DNA from: Escherichia coli
Lineage (GTDB): Bacteria; Pseudomonadota; Gammaproteobacteria; Enterobacterales; Enterobacteriaceae
Reading direction: 5' to 3' (one strand)
NCBI RefSeq assembly: GCF_003334765.1
Contig: NZ_QOWT01000038.1
DNA: 35,115 nt
In this document: in pieces, positions 17,277 through 28,214 of the stretch
Numbering within the stretch: the stretch's first letter is position 1
Layout of the letters: every line of letters starts with the position of its first letter
Notes under the pieces: generated by a model
What the model was told of the DNA's origin: nothing
Databases searched by the model: none
The model's input: the letters and a program-made list of their open reading frames with translations, nothing else
Program-made: the position numbers and the translations under genes

Positions 17277-17592
17277 CCGCTGACACAGGTCTGCGGCTGG
17301 AATTGCCTGATGCGCTACGCTTATCAGGCCTACGAGTTCAGTGCTCTACGTAGGCCGGATAAGGCGTTCACGCCGCATCCGGCATAAACTACAGCTGGCA
17401 GACAGCCGCTGCGAAGGCATTTTTGCACATGGCGTTGGAGGAATGCGCGGTTGTTGGCGGGAATGAATCACGGTAGCCGCTGACACAGATCAGCGGCTGG
17501 AATTGCCTGATGCGCTACGCTTATCAGGCCTACGAGTTCAGTGCTCTACGTAGGCCGGATAAGGCGTTCACGCCGCATCCGGCATAAACTAA
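17193..17592. repeat. Tandem direct duplication (2 copies of about 200 bp, roughly 97 percent identical) spanning the cynR 3-prime end and a REP pair
   Basis: 17193..17390 and 17393..17590 align base-for-base with 5 mismatches; each copy ends in GCCTGATGCGCTACGCTTATCAGGCCTAC ... GTAGGCCGGATAAGGCGTTCACGCCGCATCCGGCA. Confidence 0.9.
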
Positions 17593-17612
17593 GCTCGCTG
17601 TAACCCAGTCGT

Positions 17613-18896
17613 TCAACGTTTGTAATCGATGGCTTCTGGCTGCTCCAGATATACGGTGGTTTGTGCCGGTTGTGTGCTGGCAATCACCTTGCCGCCACGT
17701 ACCGAATAACGTACCGGAACCTGACGGCGCAGCGCATCAAACCCATTTTCAGCCGGCAGGATAATCAGGTTGGCGCTGTTTCCGGCGGCAATGCCGTAAT
17801 CCTGCAAATTCAACGTCCTTGCGCTGTGGTGGGTGATTAAATTCAGGCCATCGTTAATCTGCCCGTAGCCCATCAACTGGCAAACATGCAGCCCCATATG
17901 CAGCACTTGCAGCATATTCGCCGTTCCCAGCGGATACCACGGATCGAAGACATCATCGTGACCAAAGCAGACGTTAATGCCGGACTCCAGCATCTCTTTA
18001 ACGCGCGTGATGCCGCGACGTTTTGGATACGTATCGAAACGTCCTTGCAGATGAATATTGACCAGCGGGTTGGCGACAAAGTTAATACCGGACATTTTCA
18101 GCAAGCGGAACAGGCGTGAGGTATACGCCCCGTTATAGGAGTGCATTGCCGTGGTGTGGCTGGCGGTGACTCGCGCGCCCATGCCTTCATGGTGCGCCAG
18201 GGCAGCAACGGTTTCGACAAAGCGCGACTGCTCGTCATCGATCTCATCACAGTGAACGTCGATGAGACGGTCGTATTTTTGCGCCAGGGCGAAGGTTTTA
18301 TGCAGCGACTCCACGCCGTATTCACGGGTAAATTCAAAATGCGGAATCGCCCCCACTACATCTGCCCCTAAGCGTAACGCCTCTTCCAGCAACGCTTCAC
18401 CGTTGGGATACGACAAAATCCCTTCCTGAGGGAAGGCGACGATTTGCAGATCAATCCACGGCGCGACTTCCTGCTTCACTTCCAGCATTGCTTTCAGCGC
18501 AGTTAGCGTTGCATCCGAAACATCGACATGGGTACGCACATGCTGAATGCCGTTGGCAATCTGCCATTTCAGCGTTTGCCATGCGCGTTGTTTCACATCG
18601 TCATGGGTTAATAACGCTTTGCGCTCGGCCCAGCGTTCAATGCCTTCAAACAGCGTGCCGGACTGATTCCAGTTCGGTTGTCCGGCGGTTTGCGTGGTGT
18701 CCAGGTGAATATGTGGCTCCACAAACGGCGGTATAACTAAACCTTGTTCGGCATCCAGGCTGTTTTCAGTTATGGGCATCACGCCGGATTGCGCATCAAT
18801 GGCGCTGATTTTTCCGTCCTGCAGATGAATCTGCCACAGCCCCTCTTCGCCTGGTAACCGGGCGTTAATAATTGTTTGTAAAGCGTTATTCGACAC
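17613..18896 (-). CDS. codA: cytosine deaminase (GTG start)
   Basis: ORF 17613..18911; canonical 427-aa product starts [23 protein letters not shown]; amidohydrolase HxH motif (PHIHLD). Confidence 0.95.
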
Positions 18897-20145
18897 TGTT
18901 AGCCTCCACATGCGTCATTGCTGCTGTCGTTTTACGATTCAAAATCGGGTTAAGGATCAGATAGCTCAGCGCGCCACCTAATACCGCGTTGACCGGAACA
19001 ATTCCCGGTAACCAGTGGCCTGCAGCAATCCCCAAGGCGACCGCCAGAATCGCCACCCAATTGACACTCATCATACGCGTGGTCGCAAAGTGCTCATAGC
19101 GGCGACGGTTCATCAGATAGTCGGCGATGATCACGCCACCCACTGGAGGAATAGCTGCCGAAAGGAAGGTCAACCAGCCGACAAAATTGTTATACAGCCA
19201 TAATGCGCAGACCGTACCGATAATACCGTTGATTACCGAAAGGGTTTTGCTCGACATCCCGGTAATGTTGGCGAAACCTAAACCCGACGCATAGAGTGCG
19301 TTATCGTTGGTGGTCCAGATATTCAGCCCCAGCACCACAATCGCAGGCAGCAGCAGGCCCTGAGCAATCATCACATCAGAGATATCCGCCATGCCCAGTG
19401 CCGCAGCGCCCGCTGCACCGAAAATAAACATCAACGAGTTGCCGAGGAAAAAGGCCACCATCGCCACCAGCACCGCCAGTTTGGCATTGCGACCAAACCG
19501 GACAAAGTCAGCGGTGAGCGTACCCGCACTGATAAATGACCCCACAACCAGCGCCAGCGCGACATTGAAATCTAACGGTTGTGCGGGAACGACCGCTTTT
19601 AATGCGTCCAGGCCGCCCATGCCGTTAACAGCCAGCCACACGGAATAACCGCCCAGGCAGGCGATAGCCGGAACCGCAATCACCGAAAGAACCGTCAGCG
19701 CCGAAATGCCAAAAAAGACGGTGACGGTCATCAGTAAACCGGAAACGGCAATCAGCAAATTAATATCCAGCCCGGTTGCCGTACCCACCGGAATGGCAAA
19801 CATCGCCACACCGACGCCAAACCAGCCAACCTGAGTTCCGCCCAGTAGCAGTGAAGGCAGCCATGAGCCTTTAACACCAAACGAGAAGCGAGCAAGAAGA
19901 TGAGTGGTCAGGCCGGTTTTTGCGCCAATGTAACCGAGAAATGAAGTGTAAATACCGAGGAGAAGATTACCGATGAGAACTGCGAGGAAGAAATCATGAT
20001 AGCTAAGACCGGTTCCGAGAGTGCCGCCGGTCCACATACTGGCGGAAAAGAAGGTTAATCCCAGCATGACGAACGTCAATGCCAATACCCCTTTCCGCGC
20101 CGACTGCGGGACTGGCCCCTGGCTAAAGTTGTTATCTTGCGACAC
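18886..20145 (-). CDS. codB: cytosine permease (GTG start)
   Basis: 419-aa [22 protein letters not shown]...; polytopic membrane protein; overlaps the codA start by 11 nt (codBA operon); AAAGGGGGAA Shine-Dalgarno upstream. Confidence 0.95.
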
Positions 20146-20211
20146 GAAATTCCCCCTTTTTGCTGTTTGAAACCCAAAAAATCCGCCGCATTCTATTCAT
20201 CTGAAGATAAA

Positions 20212-20227
20212 AAGCAATCGTTTTCGT
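20212..20227. promoter_or_regulatory. Candidate PurR box in the codBA promoter region
   Basis: AAGCAATCGTTTTCGT resembles the PurR operator consensus (ACGCAAACGTTTTCGT-like, about 13 of 16 positions) about 70 bp upstream of the codB start; codBA is a known PurR-regulated operon. Confidence 0.5.
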
Positions 20228-20295
20228 GGGGAAATATATTTTTTATATGAATGAGTGCAAAAAGGTGGGGGAAAAATTATCGGTGTAAAAACAGT

Positions 20296-20470
20296 GGGTA
20301 GGCCTGATAAGACGCGTCAGCGTCGCATCAGGCATCTGAGCATGGTGTCGGATGCGACGCGAGCGCCTTATCCGACCTACGGTTCAGGTCCGTAGGCATG
20401 ATAAAACGCGTCAGCGTCGCATCAGGCATCGGCACACAGTGCCGGATGCACCGCGCGACGCATCCGACAA
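20296..20470. repeat. REP/BIME cluster between prpE (3-prime end) and the codB promoter
   Basis: Alternating GTAGGCCTGATAAGACGCGTCAGCGTCGCATCAGGC and GTCGGATGCGACGCGAGCGCCTTATCCGACCTAC-type palindromes. Confidence 0.85.
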
Positions 20471-20474
20471 TAAC

Positions 20475-22361
20475 CTACTCTTCCATCGCCTGGCGGATCT
20501 GATCCAACGACGCAGGATCATCAATGGTCGTCAGATCTCCAGGATCGCGTCCTTCGCAAATCGCCTGGATCGTGCGGCGCAGCATTTTTCCGGATCGCGT
20601 TTTTGGCAATTGCGAGACAAACCAGACGTGCGCCGGGCGGCCAAAGTTGCCAATCTGGCTGTCCACCAGCGCCATAATCGCCTTCTCTTGCGAGTGCGCC
20701 ACATCACGATCTTCCAGACTGTCGCTCTCTTTCGGAATGACAAACGCCACCGCCACCTGCCCTTTCAGCGCATCTTTCACCCCAACCACCGCCACTTCGG
20801 CAACGCCCGGATGGCTGGAGATACTCTCTTCAATCTCGCGCGTCCCCAGCCGATGCCCGGCAACGTTAATTACATCGTCAGTGCGCCCGAGAATAAAGTG
20901 ATAACCGTCAGCGTCACGGATGCCCCAGTCAAAGGTGGCGTACACCGGGCGGGAAAACAGCGACCAGTAAGTCTTCACAAAGCGGCCGTCGTCGCCCCAG
21001 ATGGTCTGAATACACCCCGGCGGCAGCGGCCCTTCCACCACCAGCATCCCTTTCTCGTTGACGCCACACGGTTCGCCGGTGACTTCATTAAGCAACTGCA
21101 CGTTATAGCCATACATCGGCACACCGGGGCTTCCCAGACGCGTCGGCCTGTCGTCCAGACCGCGAGCAATCGCCATAATCGGCCAGCCGGATTCGGTCTG
21201 CCAGTAGTTGTCGATGACCGGCACATCCAGCGTATTGCTCACCCAACTGGCGGTCGGCTCGTCCAGCGGTTCTCCAGCCAGATAGAGCACTTCCAGCGAC
21301 GAGAGATCGTGTTTGCGAATTTCAGCGGTAGGGAATTTTTTCAGCACGCGAATGGCGGTCGGCGCTGAGAACATCCGGCTAACCTGATATTTCTCGACGA
21401 TTTTCCACCACACGCCGCAGTCCGGCCAGGTCGGCAATCCTTCGTAAACGATAGTCGCCATCCCCGCCAGCAGCGGCGCGTAAACGATATACGAATGCCC
21501 CACCACCCAGCCGATATCCGATGCGCAAAAGAACACGCTGCCCGCTTTGCCGCCAAAAATGGTGTCCATCGAGGTCGCCAGCGCCACCGCATATCCGCCG
21601 ACGTCACGCTGCACGCCTTTAGGTTTGCCGGTCGTGCCGGAAGTGTAGAGAATGCAGGAGGTTTCGTTGGATTCCAGCCACGCCACCGGTACCCGCGCGC
21701 CGATGTGTTGATGGCGCAACGACGCGAAATCGACATCCCGCCCGCTGACGCGCGCCATTTTCGCCAGCCCGCGATCCACCAGCAAAACATGGCGTGGCTG
21801 GTGCTGCGCCTGACTTATCGCATCGTCGAGCAATTTTTTATAGGGAATGATTTTGCCACCGCGCGCTCCGGCATCAGCCGAGACAATCAGCACCGGTTTA
21901 GCGTCATCAATTCGCGCCGCCACGCTGTGCGAGGCAAATCCACCAAACACCACCGAGTGAATAGCGCCAATGCGCGCGCAGGCCAGCAGAGTAATATGCG
22001 CTTCGGCAATCATCGGCATATACACCAGCACCCGATCGCCGCGCTGCACACCCAATGAACGCAACATTGAGGCCACCGCGTTCACTTCGTCATGCAGCTG
22101 ACGAAAGGTAAAGGTGCGCTCTTCTTCTGTTTCCGAAGAGACGGCAATCAGCGCCAGCGCCTCTGGCTGTTTCTCCAGCCAGCGGTCGATGGCGTTGTGG
22201 CACAAGTTGGTTCGGCCTTCACAAAACCAACGGGCAAACGGCGGATTGCTGTGATCGAGCGTTTGCGTAAAGGGCGTCTGCCAGTCAATACGCCGGGCCT
22301 GCTCGGCCCAGAACTGCTCCGGTTCGTTAATCGAACGCTGATAAAATTCGCTAAAAGACAT
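20475..22361 (-). CDS. prpE: propionyl-CoA synthetase (acyl-CoA synthetase family)
   Basis: 628-aa ORF with the AMP-binding motif YTSGTTGKPKG; last gene of prpBCDE. Confidence 0.95.
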   Translation of the reverse strand: MSFSEFYQRSINEPEQFWAEQARRIDWQTPFTQTLDHSNPPFARWFCEGRTNLCHNAIDRWLEKQPEALALIAVSSETEEERTFTFRQLHDEVNAVASMLRSLGVQRGDRVLVYMPMIAEAHITLLACARIGAIHSVVFGGFASHSVAARIDDAKPVLIVSADAGARGGKIIPYKKLLDDAISQAQHQPRHVLLVDRGLAKMARVSGRDVDFASLRHQHIGARVPVAWLESNETSCILYTSGTTGKPKGVQRDVGGYAVALATSMDTIFGGKAGSVFFCASDIGWVVGHSYIVYAPLLAGMATIVYEGLPTWPDCGVWWKIVEKYQVSRMFSAPTAIRVLKKFPTAEIRKHDLSSLEVLYLAGEPLDEPTASWVSNTLDVPVIDNYWQTESGWPIMAIARGLDDRPTRLGSPGVPMYGYNVQLLNEVTGEPCGVNEKGMLVVEGPLPPGCIQTIWGDDGRFVKTYWSLFSRPVYATFDWGIRDADGYHFILGRTDDVINVAGHRLGTREIEESISSHPGVAEVAVVGVKDALKGQVAVAFVIPKESDSLEDRDVAHSQEKAIMALVDSQIGNFGRPAHVWFVSQLPKTRSGKMLRRTIQAICEGRDPGDLTTIDDPASLDQIRQAMEE

Positions 22362-22400
22362 AATGCTCTCCTGTTGAACTTACGCCTTACCGCCGTTTAC

Positions 22401-23852
22401 TTAAATGACGTACAGGTCGAGATACTCATTGACCGGCATCTGTTCCAGGCGAGCTCTGTCGAGAGAAACCTCCAGAATGCGCTGCTGTTGGCGAGTCGGG
22501 AACTGGCGCGCGAGATTGATTTTGAATTTATCGACCAGTTTCGGAATACCATCCTGACGGCGGCGAGCATGACCAATGGGGTACTCCACCACCACTTCTT
22601 CAAATCGTGTGCCGTCGGTGAACTCAAGGGTAATGGCATTGGCGATGGCGCGTTTTTCCGGGTCGTGGTAGTCAGCGGTAAATGCCGGATCTTCAAAGCA
22701 ATTGATCTTCTCGCGCAGGGCGTCAATGCGTTTATCTTGCGCAACGTTGTCCTCGTAATCTGCCGCCGTTAAGCGCCCGAATAGCAGCGGGATCGCCACC
22801 ATGTACTGAATGCAGTGATCGCGGTCTGCCGGGTTATTGAGCGGCCCTTTTTTGTCGATGATGCGAATACAGGCTTCGTGGGTGCGAATGGTCACTTTTT
22901 CGATATCCGCCGCCGTTTTGCCTGCTGCCTGCATCTGTTCATAGAGCGTCATCGCTGCTTCAACTGCCGTCTGGGAGTGGAACTCCGCCGGGAAGGAGAT
23001 TTTGAACAGCACATTTTCCATAACGTAGGAACCGTACGGGCGCTGGAAGCGGAACGATTCACCTTTAAAGGAGACGTCGTAGAAGCCCCACACCGGCGCA
23101 GTCAGGGCTGACGGGTAACCCATTTCGCCCGTTTTCGCCATCAGTGCCAGACGTACCGCGCGGGAAGTGGCATCGCCCGCCGCCCAGGATTTACGCGTGC
23201 CGGTGTTCGGCGCATGGCGATAGGTGCGCAGCGACTGACCGTCCACCCACGCCAGCGAAACGGCGTTGAGAATTTCCTCGCGGGTCAGGCCGAGCATTTC
23301 GGCGACCACGGCGGTGGAAGCCACTTTCACTAACAGAACGTGGTCGAGGCCGACGCGGTTAAAGGAGTTTTCCAGCGCGATGCAGCCCTGAATTTCATGG
23401 GCTTTGATCATTGCGGTCAGCACCTGTTTCATGGTCAACGGCGCTTTGCCGCTGGCGACCGCGTTGCGCGAAAGCCAGTCCGCCGTTGCCAGAATGCCGC
23501 CGAGGTTGTCGGAAGGATGGCCCCACTCCGCCGCCAGCCAGGTATCGTTGAAATCGAGCCAGCGGATCATCGCGCCGATGTTAAATGCCGCCTGGACGGG
23601 GTCGAGCTGGAACTGAGTTCCGGGGACGCGCACGCCGTTGGGTACGACGGTGCCGGGAACAATTGGCCCCAGCAGTTTTTTACAGGCCGGGTATTCGAGA
23701 GCTTCCAGACCGCAGCCGAGCGTGTCGAGCAGGCAGTAATGTGCGGTGTCGTAGGCCACTTTAGAGCTGATTTCGTAGTTCATGACGTAATCGACGATAT
23801 CAACGATTTCACGATCAAATTCCGGGCGGATGTTGTTGATTTGAGCTGACAT
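22401..23852 (-). CDS. prpD: 2-methylcitrate dehydratase
   Basis: 483-aa ORF recognised as PrpD (MmgE/PrpD family); operon context. Confidence 0.95.
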
Positions 23853-23885
23853 TGGGTACGTTTCCTTATTGTTATTCGTAGAGGT

Positions 23886-25055
23886 TTACTGGCGCTTATC
23901 CAGCGCGACAAACGGGCGGTCTTCCGGTCCAACATAATTGGCGGAAGGACGGATAATTTTGTTGTCCTGACGTTGTTCGATAATGTGCGCCGCCCAGCCG
24001 GTGACGCGGGCGATAACAAACAGTGGTGTGAACATCTCGGTGGGAACGCCCATCATGTTGTAGGAAACAGCAGAGAACCAGTCGAGATTGGGGAACATCT
24101 TTTTGCTCTCCCACATCACCGTTTCCAGGCGATCGGCGATGTTGTACATCTTCAGCGAGCCGCCTTCCTGCGAGAGCTGCTTCGCCACACGTTTAATCAC
24201 CTGGTGGCGCGGGTCAGCGATGGTGTAAACCGGATGACCAAAACCAATGACCACTTCTTTGTTTTCCACGCGCTTGCGGATATCTGCTTCGGCTTCGTCC
24301 GGCGTTTCGTAGCGTTGCTGGATCTCCAGCGACACTTCATTCGCCCCGCCGTGTTTTGGCCCGCGCAGTGCGCCAATCGCGCCAATAATCGCGGAATACA
24401 TATCAGAGCCGGTGCCCGCAATCACCCGACTGGTAAAGGTGGAGGCGTTAAACTCGTGTTCGGCGTACAGCACCAGCGAGATATGCATCGCCTTTTCCCA
24501 GCTTTGCGATGGCTTTTCGCCGTGCAGCAGATGCAGGAAGTGACCGCCGATGGAGTCGTCATCGGTTTCCGGTTGGATGCGTTCGCCGTTGTGGCTGTAG
24601 TGATACCAATAAAGGAGAATCGAGCTAAGCGACGCCAGCAGTTTGTCGGCAATATCCCGCGCGCCAGAGACGGTATGCCCCTCTTTTTCTGGCAGCGTGC
24701 AGCCGAGCGCGGAAACACCGGTGCGCATAACATCCATCGGGTGCGACGCCGCCGGTAAGGCTTCCAGCACGGTACGCACGTTAGCCGGTAAACCGCGCAG
24801 GGCTTTCAGTTTCGTTTTGTAAGCGGCGAGTTCGTCACGGGTCGGCAGTTTGCCGTGGATCAGCAGATGCGCCACTTCTTCAAATTCGCAATGTTTCGCC
24901 AGATCAAGAATATCGTAGCCGCGGTAATGCAGGTCATTGCCACTTTTACCCACGGTGCAGAGCGCCGTATTGCCCGCCGGAACGCCAGAAAGTGCCACAG
25001 ATTTTTTCGGTTTAATGACATGGGTACTGTTTTGCAGGATCGTTGTGTCGCTCAT
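23886..25055 (-). CDS. prpC: 2-methylcitrate synthase
   Basis: 389-aa ORF of the citrate synthase family; operon context. Confidence 0.95.
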   Translation of the reverse strand: MSDTTILQNSTHVIKPKKSVALSGVPAGNTALCTVGKSGNDLHYRGYDILDLAKHCEFEEVAHLLIHGKLPTRDELAAYKTKLKALRGLPANVRTVLEALPAASHPMDVMRTGVSALGCTLPEKEGHTVSGARDIADKLLASLSSILLYWYHYSHNGERIQPETDDDSIGGHFLHLLHGEKPSQSWEKAMHISLVLYAEHEFNASTFTSRVIAGTGSDMYSAIIGAIGALRGPKHGGANEVSLEIQQRYETPDEAEADIRKRVENKEVVIGFGHPVYTIADPRHQVIKRVAKQLSQEGGSLKMYNIADRLETVMWESKKMFPNLDWFSAVSYNMMGVPTEMFTPLFVIARVTGWAAHIIEQRQDNKIIRPSANYVGPEDRPFVALDKRQ

Positions 25056-25093
25056 GTTGTCCTCGTCATTGTTATCATTTGTAGGGTCGAGAT

Positions 25094-25375
25094 TGTTGTC
25101 GGATGCGACGCTATGCGTCTTATCCGACCTACAGTTCAGTTCACCCCGTAGGCCTGATAAGTCGCGTCAGCGGCGCATCAGGCATCGGTTGTCGGATGCG
25201 ACGCTATGCGTCTTATCCGACCTACAGTTCAGTGCACCCCGTAGGCCTGATAAGTCACGTCAGCGGCGCATCAGGCATCGGTTGTCGGATGCGACGCCAT
25301 CCGTCTTATCCGACCTACAGTTCAGTGCACCTCGTAGGCCTGATAAGTCGCGTCAGCGACGCATCAGGCATCGGC
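25094..25375. repeat. BIME array: three tandem 93-94-bp units, each a REP pair, between prpC and prpB
   Basis: Unit GTTGTCGGATGCGACGCTATGCGTCTTATCCGACCTACAGTTCAGT.CACCCCGTAGGCCTGATAAGTCGCGTCAGCGGCGCATCAGGCATCG repeated at 25094, 25187 and 25281 with a few substitutions. Confidence 0.9.
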
Positions 25376-25401
25376 TGTCGAATACAATCAACGGGCGTTT
25401 T

Positions 25402-26292
25402 TTATTTCACCTGGCTACGGGCAAACAGGTTGTCGAGCTTCTCTTCGTACTGGTAGTAGTTGATGCTTTCGTACAGCTCGTTGCGGGTCTGCATGGTGTC
25501 GATGACGCTTTTCTGCGTGCCTTCCTGGCGCAGGACGTTGTAGACATGTTCAGCGGCGCGGTTCATGGCGCGGAACGCTGAAAGTGGGTACAGCGCCATT
25601 GCGACATGGGCGCTGCGTAATTCGTCGGTGGTAAACAGCGGCGTGGCACCAAATTCGGTGATGTTGGCGAGGATCGGCACCTGCACCGCATCGGCAAACT
25701 GGCGGTACATGGCGAGTTCGGTAATCGCCTCCGGGAACAACATCTCGGCACCCGCTTCAACATAGGCCTGCGCACGCTCGATCGCCGCATCCAGCCCCTC
25801 TACCGCCAGAGCATCGGTGCGCGCCATGATCACAAAATCAGGATCGGTTTTCGCATCCACCGCCGCGCGGATCCGATCCACCATCTCTTCTTTCGAGACG
25901 ATCGCTTTATTCGGACGATGACCGCAGCGTTTCGCACCAACCTGATCTTCAATATGCAATCCTGCCGCACCGGCTTTAATCATCGATTTCACGGTGCGCG
26001 CCACGTTAAAGGCCGAAGAACCAAAACCGATATCCGCATCCACCAGCAGCGGCAGCGAACAAACGTCGGTGATACGGCGAATGTCGGTCAGCACATCATC
26101 AAGGGTAGAAATACCGAGATCGGGCAGCCCCAGCGAACCTGCCGCCACGCCACCGCCAGAAAGATAAATTGCCTGATATCCGGCACGCTGCGCCAACAGC
26201 GCATGATTAGCGTTGATGGTGCCAACAATCTGCAATGGATTTTCTTTAGTCAGTGCAGCGCGAAACGCTTTACCTGGAGAGTGTAGAGACAT
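25402..26292 (-). CDS. prpB: 2-methylisocitrate lyase
   Basis: 296-aa ORF of the PEP-mutase/isocitrate-lyase superfamily; first gene of prpBCDE. Confidence 0.95.
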   Translation of the reverse strand: MSLHSPGKAFRAALTKENPLQIVGTINANHALLAQRAGYQAIYLSGGGVAAGSLGLPDLGISTLDDVLTDIRRITDVCSLPLLVDADIGFGSSAFNVARTVKSMIKAGAAGLHIEDQVGAKRCGHRPNKAIVSKEEMVDRIRAAVDAKTDPDFVIMARTDALAVEGLDAAIERAQAYVEAGAEMLFPEAITELAMYRQFADAVQVPILANITEFGATPLFTTDELRSAHVAMALYPLSAFRAMNRAAEHVYNVLRQEGTQKSVIDTMQTRNELYESINYYQYEEKLDNLFARSQVK

Positions 26293-26339
26293 AGCCCATC
26301 CTTTGTTATCAACTTGTTATTTGCGTTGATAAAGACAAA

Positions 26340-26355
26340 GCAAGGGGTGTGCCAC
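26340..26355 (-). promoter_or_regulatory. Sigma-54 (-24/-12) promoter of prpBCDE
   Basis: Minus strand reads TGGCAC-ACCCC-TTGC (plus strand GCAAGGGGTGTGCCA), matching the sigma-54 consensus TGGCAC-N5-TTGC, about 45 bp upstream of the prpB start; PrpR is a sigma-54 activator. Confidence 0.8.
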
Positions 26356-26530
26356 AATTGCCTTAATAAAATTAAATGTTTAATTTCAATTTGTTAGAGA
26401 TAAAGTCATGAACTAATCCGCAAATATGCGTTTCAGTTAACGTTTCAGGCAATGTTTCACCGCGTTTCATTGCAACAATTATGAAACAAGACTAAACCCA
26501 ATATTCGGTTTCTTAACTTTGCGGTGCGCT

Positions 26531-28117
26531 ATGGCACATCCACCACGGCTTAATGACGACAAACCGGTTATCTGGACGGTATCTGTAACGCGCCTGTTCG
26601 AGCTGTTTCGCGATATCAGCCTCGAGTTTGATCACCTGGCGAACATTACCCCTATTCAGCTTGGCTTTGAAAAAGCAGTGACCTACATCCGCAAGAAACT
26701 GGCAAACGAACGCTGTGACGCCATCATCGCGGCTGGCTCTAACGGCGCGTACCTGAAAAGCCGCCTGTCAGTGCCAGTTATTTTGATTAAACCGAGCGGC
26801 TACGATGTGTTACAGGCACTGGCAAAAGCCGGAAAACTCACCTCTTCTATCGGCGTTGTCACCTATCAGGAAACCATTCCAGCGCTGGTGGCGTTTCAAA
26901 AAACCTTTAATTTGCGCCTCGACCAACGTAGCTACATTACCGAGGAAGACGCACGCGGGCAGATTAACGAGCTAAAAGCTAACGGCACCGAAGCGGTGGT
27001 CGGCGCAGGGCTGATTACCGATTTGGCAGAAGAAGCCGGAATGACCGGAATTTTTATCTATTCCGCCGCCACCGTGCGCCAGGCGTTCAGCGATGCGCTG
27101 GATATGACGCGCATGTCGTTACGCCATAACACTCACGATGCCACCCGCAACGCCCTGCGTACTCGTTACGTGCTGGGCGATATGCTCGGTCAATCACCAC
27201 AGATGGAACAAGTACGGCAGACTATTTTGCTGTATGCCCGCTCCAGTGCGGCGGTGTTGATTGAGGGGGAAACGGGGACGGGCAAAGAGCTGGCGGCCCA
27301 GGCGATTCATCGGGAATATTTTGCCCGCCACGATGCGCGACAGGGCAAAAAGTCGCATCCGTTTGTTGCCGTCAACTGCGGGGCGATTGCCGAATCGCTG
27401 CTGGAAGCAGAACTGTTTGGCTATGAGGAAGGGGCGTTTACCGGCTCGCGACGCGGAGGTCGCGCCGGGCTGTTCGAAATTGCCCACGGCGGTACGCTGT
27501 TTCTGGATGAGATTGGCGAAATGCCGCTACCTTTGCAGACCCGGCTGCTGCGGGTGCTGGAAGAAAAAGAGGTCACCCGCGTCGGCGGGCATCAGCCTGT
27601 TCCGGTAGATGTACGGGTCATTAGCGCCACTCACTGCAATCTGGAAGAAGATATGCAGCAAGGACGTTTTCGCCGTGATCTGTTTTATCGGCTGAGTATT
27701 TTGCGTCTGCAATTGCCACCACTGCGCGAGCGGGTGGCGGATATTCTTCCGCTGGCGGAAAGCTTTTTGAAAGTGTCTCTGGCGGCGCTCTCCGCCCCAT
27801 TTTCTGCTGCATTACGCCAGGGGTTACAGGCAAGTGAAACTGTGCTGCTGCACTACGACTGGCCAGGCAATATTCGTGAACTGCGCAATATGATGGAACG
27901 ACTGGCGCTGTTTTTAAGTGTGGAACCGACGCCGGATTTAACGCCGCAGTTTATGCAACTGCTACTGCCGGAACTGGCGCGCGAGTCGGCGAAAACTCCC
28001 GCTCCACGCTTACTGACACCACAACAGGCACTGGAGAAATTTAATGGCGATAAAACAGCAGCGGCGAATTATTTAGGCATCAGCCGGACGACGTTCTGGC
28101 GGCGGCTGAAAAGCTGA
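26531..28117 (+). CDS. prpR: sigma-54-dependent activator of the propionate operon (AAA+ enhancer-binding protein)
   Basis: ORF 26519..28117; canonical 528-aa product starts [15 protein letters not shown]; Walker A GETGTGKE, the GAFTGS signature and a C-terminal HTH. Confidence 0.94.
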   Translation: MAHPPRLNDDKPVIWTVSVTRLFELFRDISLEFDHLANITPIQLGFEKAVTYIRKKLANERCDAIIAAGSNGAYLKSRLSVPVILIKPSGYDVLQALAKAGKLTSSIGVVTYQETIPALVAFQKTFNLRLDQRSYITEEDARGQINELKANGTEAVVGAGLITDLAEEAGMTGIFIYSAATVRQAFSDALDMTRMSLRHNTHDATRNALRTRYVLGDMLGQSPQMEQVRQTILLYARSSAAVLIEGETGTGKELAAQAIHREYFARHDARQGKKSHPFVAVNCGAIAESLLEAELFGYEEGAFTGSRRGGRAGLFEIAHGGTLFLDEIGEMPLPLQTRLLRVLEEKEVTRVGGHQPVPVDVRVISATHCNLEEDMQQGRFRRDLFYRLSILRLQLPPLRERVADILPLAESFLKVSLAALSAPFSAALRQGLQASETVLLHYDWPGNIRELRNMMERLALFLSVEPTPDLTPQFMQLLLPELARESAKTPAPRLLTPQQALEKFNGDKTAAANYLGISRTTFWRRLKS

Positions 28118-28120
28118 ACT

Positions 28121-28150
28121 GCCGAATGCAGCGCGAACGCTTTATCCGGC
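28121..28150. repeat. Degenerate REP-like palindrome between convergent prpR and yahO
   Basis: GCCGAATGCAGCGCGAACGCTTTATCCGGC resembles the REP consensus. Confidence 0.55.
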
Positions 28151-28214
28151 ATAAATTTCAATAGATGATCACCGATAAACTTACGCATCGGAGATGTTTA
28201 CATAGGATTCAGAA

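Noticed and set aside
20352-21368. 338-aa ORF on the plus strand, antisense to prpE
   Set aside because: It lies entirely inside the well-supported prpE gene on the opposite strand, and its Arg/His/Pro-rich low-complexity translation is typical of antisense frames in GC-rich coding DNA
25094-25375. Possibility that the regularly spaced repeats here, and at 1..145, 17277..17592, 20296..20470 and 34845..35115, are CRISPR arrays
   Set aside because: The units match the E. coli REP/BIME consensus, are contiguous with no unique spacers, alternate in orientation as inverted pairs, and have no adjacent cas genes
24937-25581. 214-aa and 117-aa ORFs with internally repeated peptide blocks in the prpC-prpB spacer
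   Set aside because: They are translations of the tandem 93-bp BIME units; the repetition is at the DNA level and REP palindromes are non-coding
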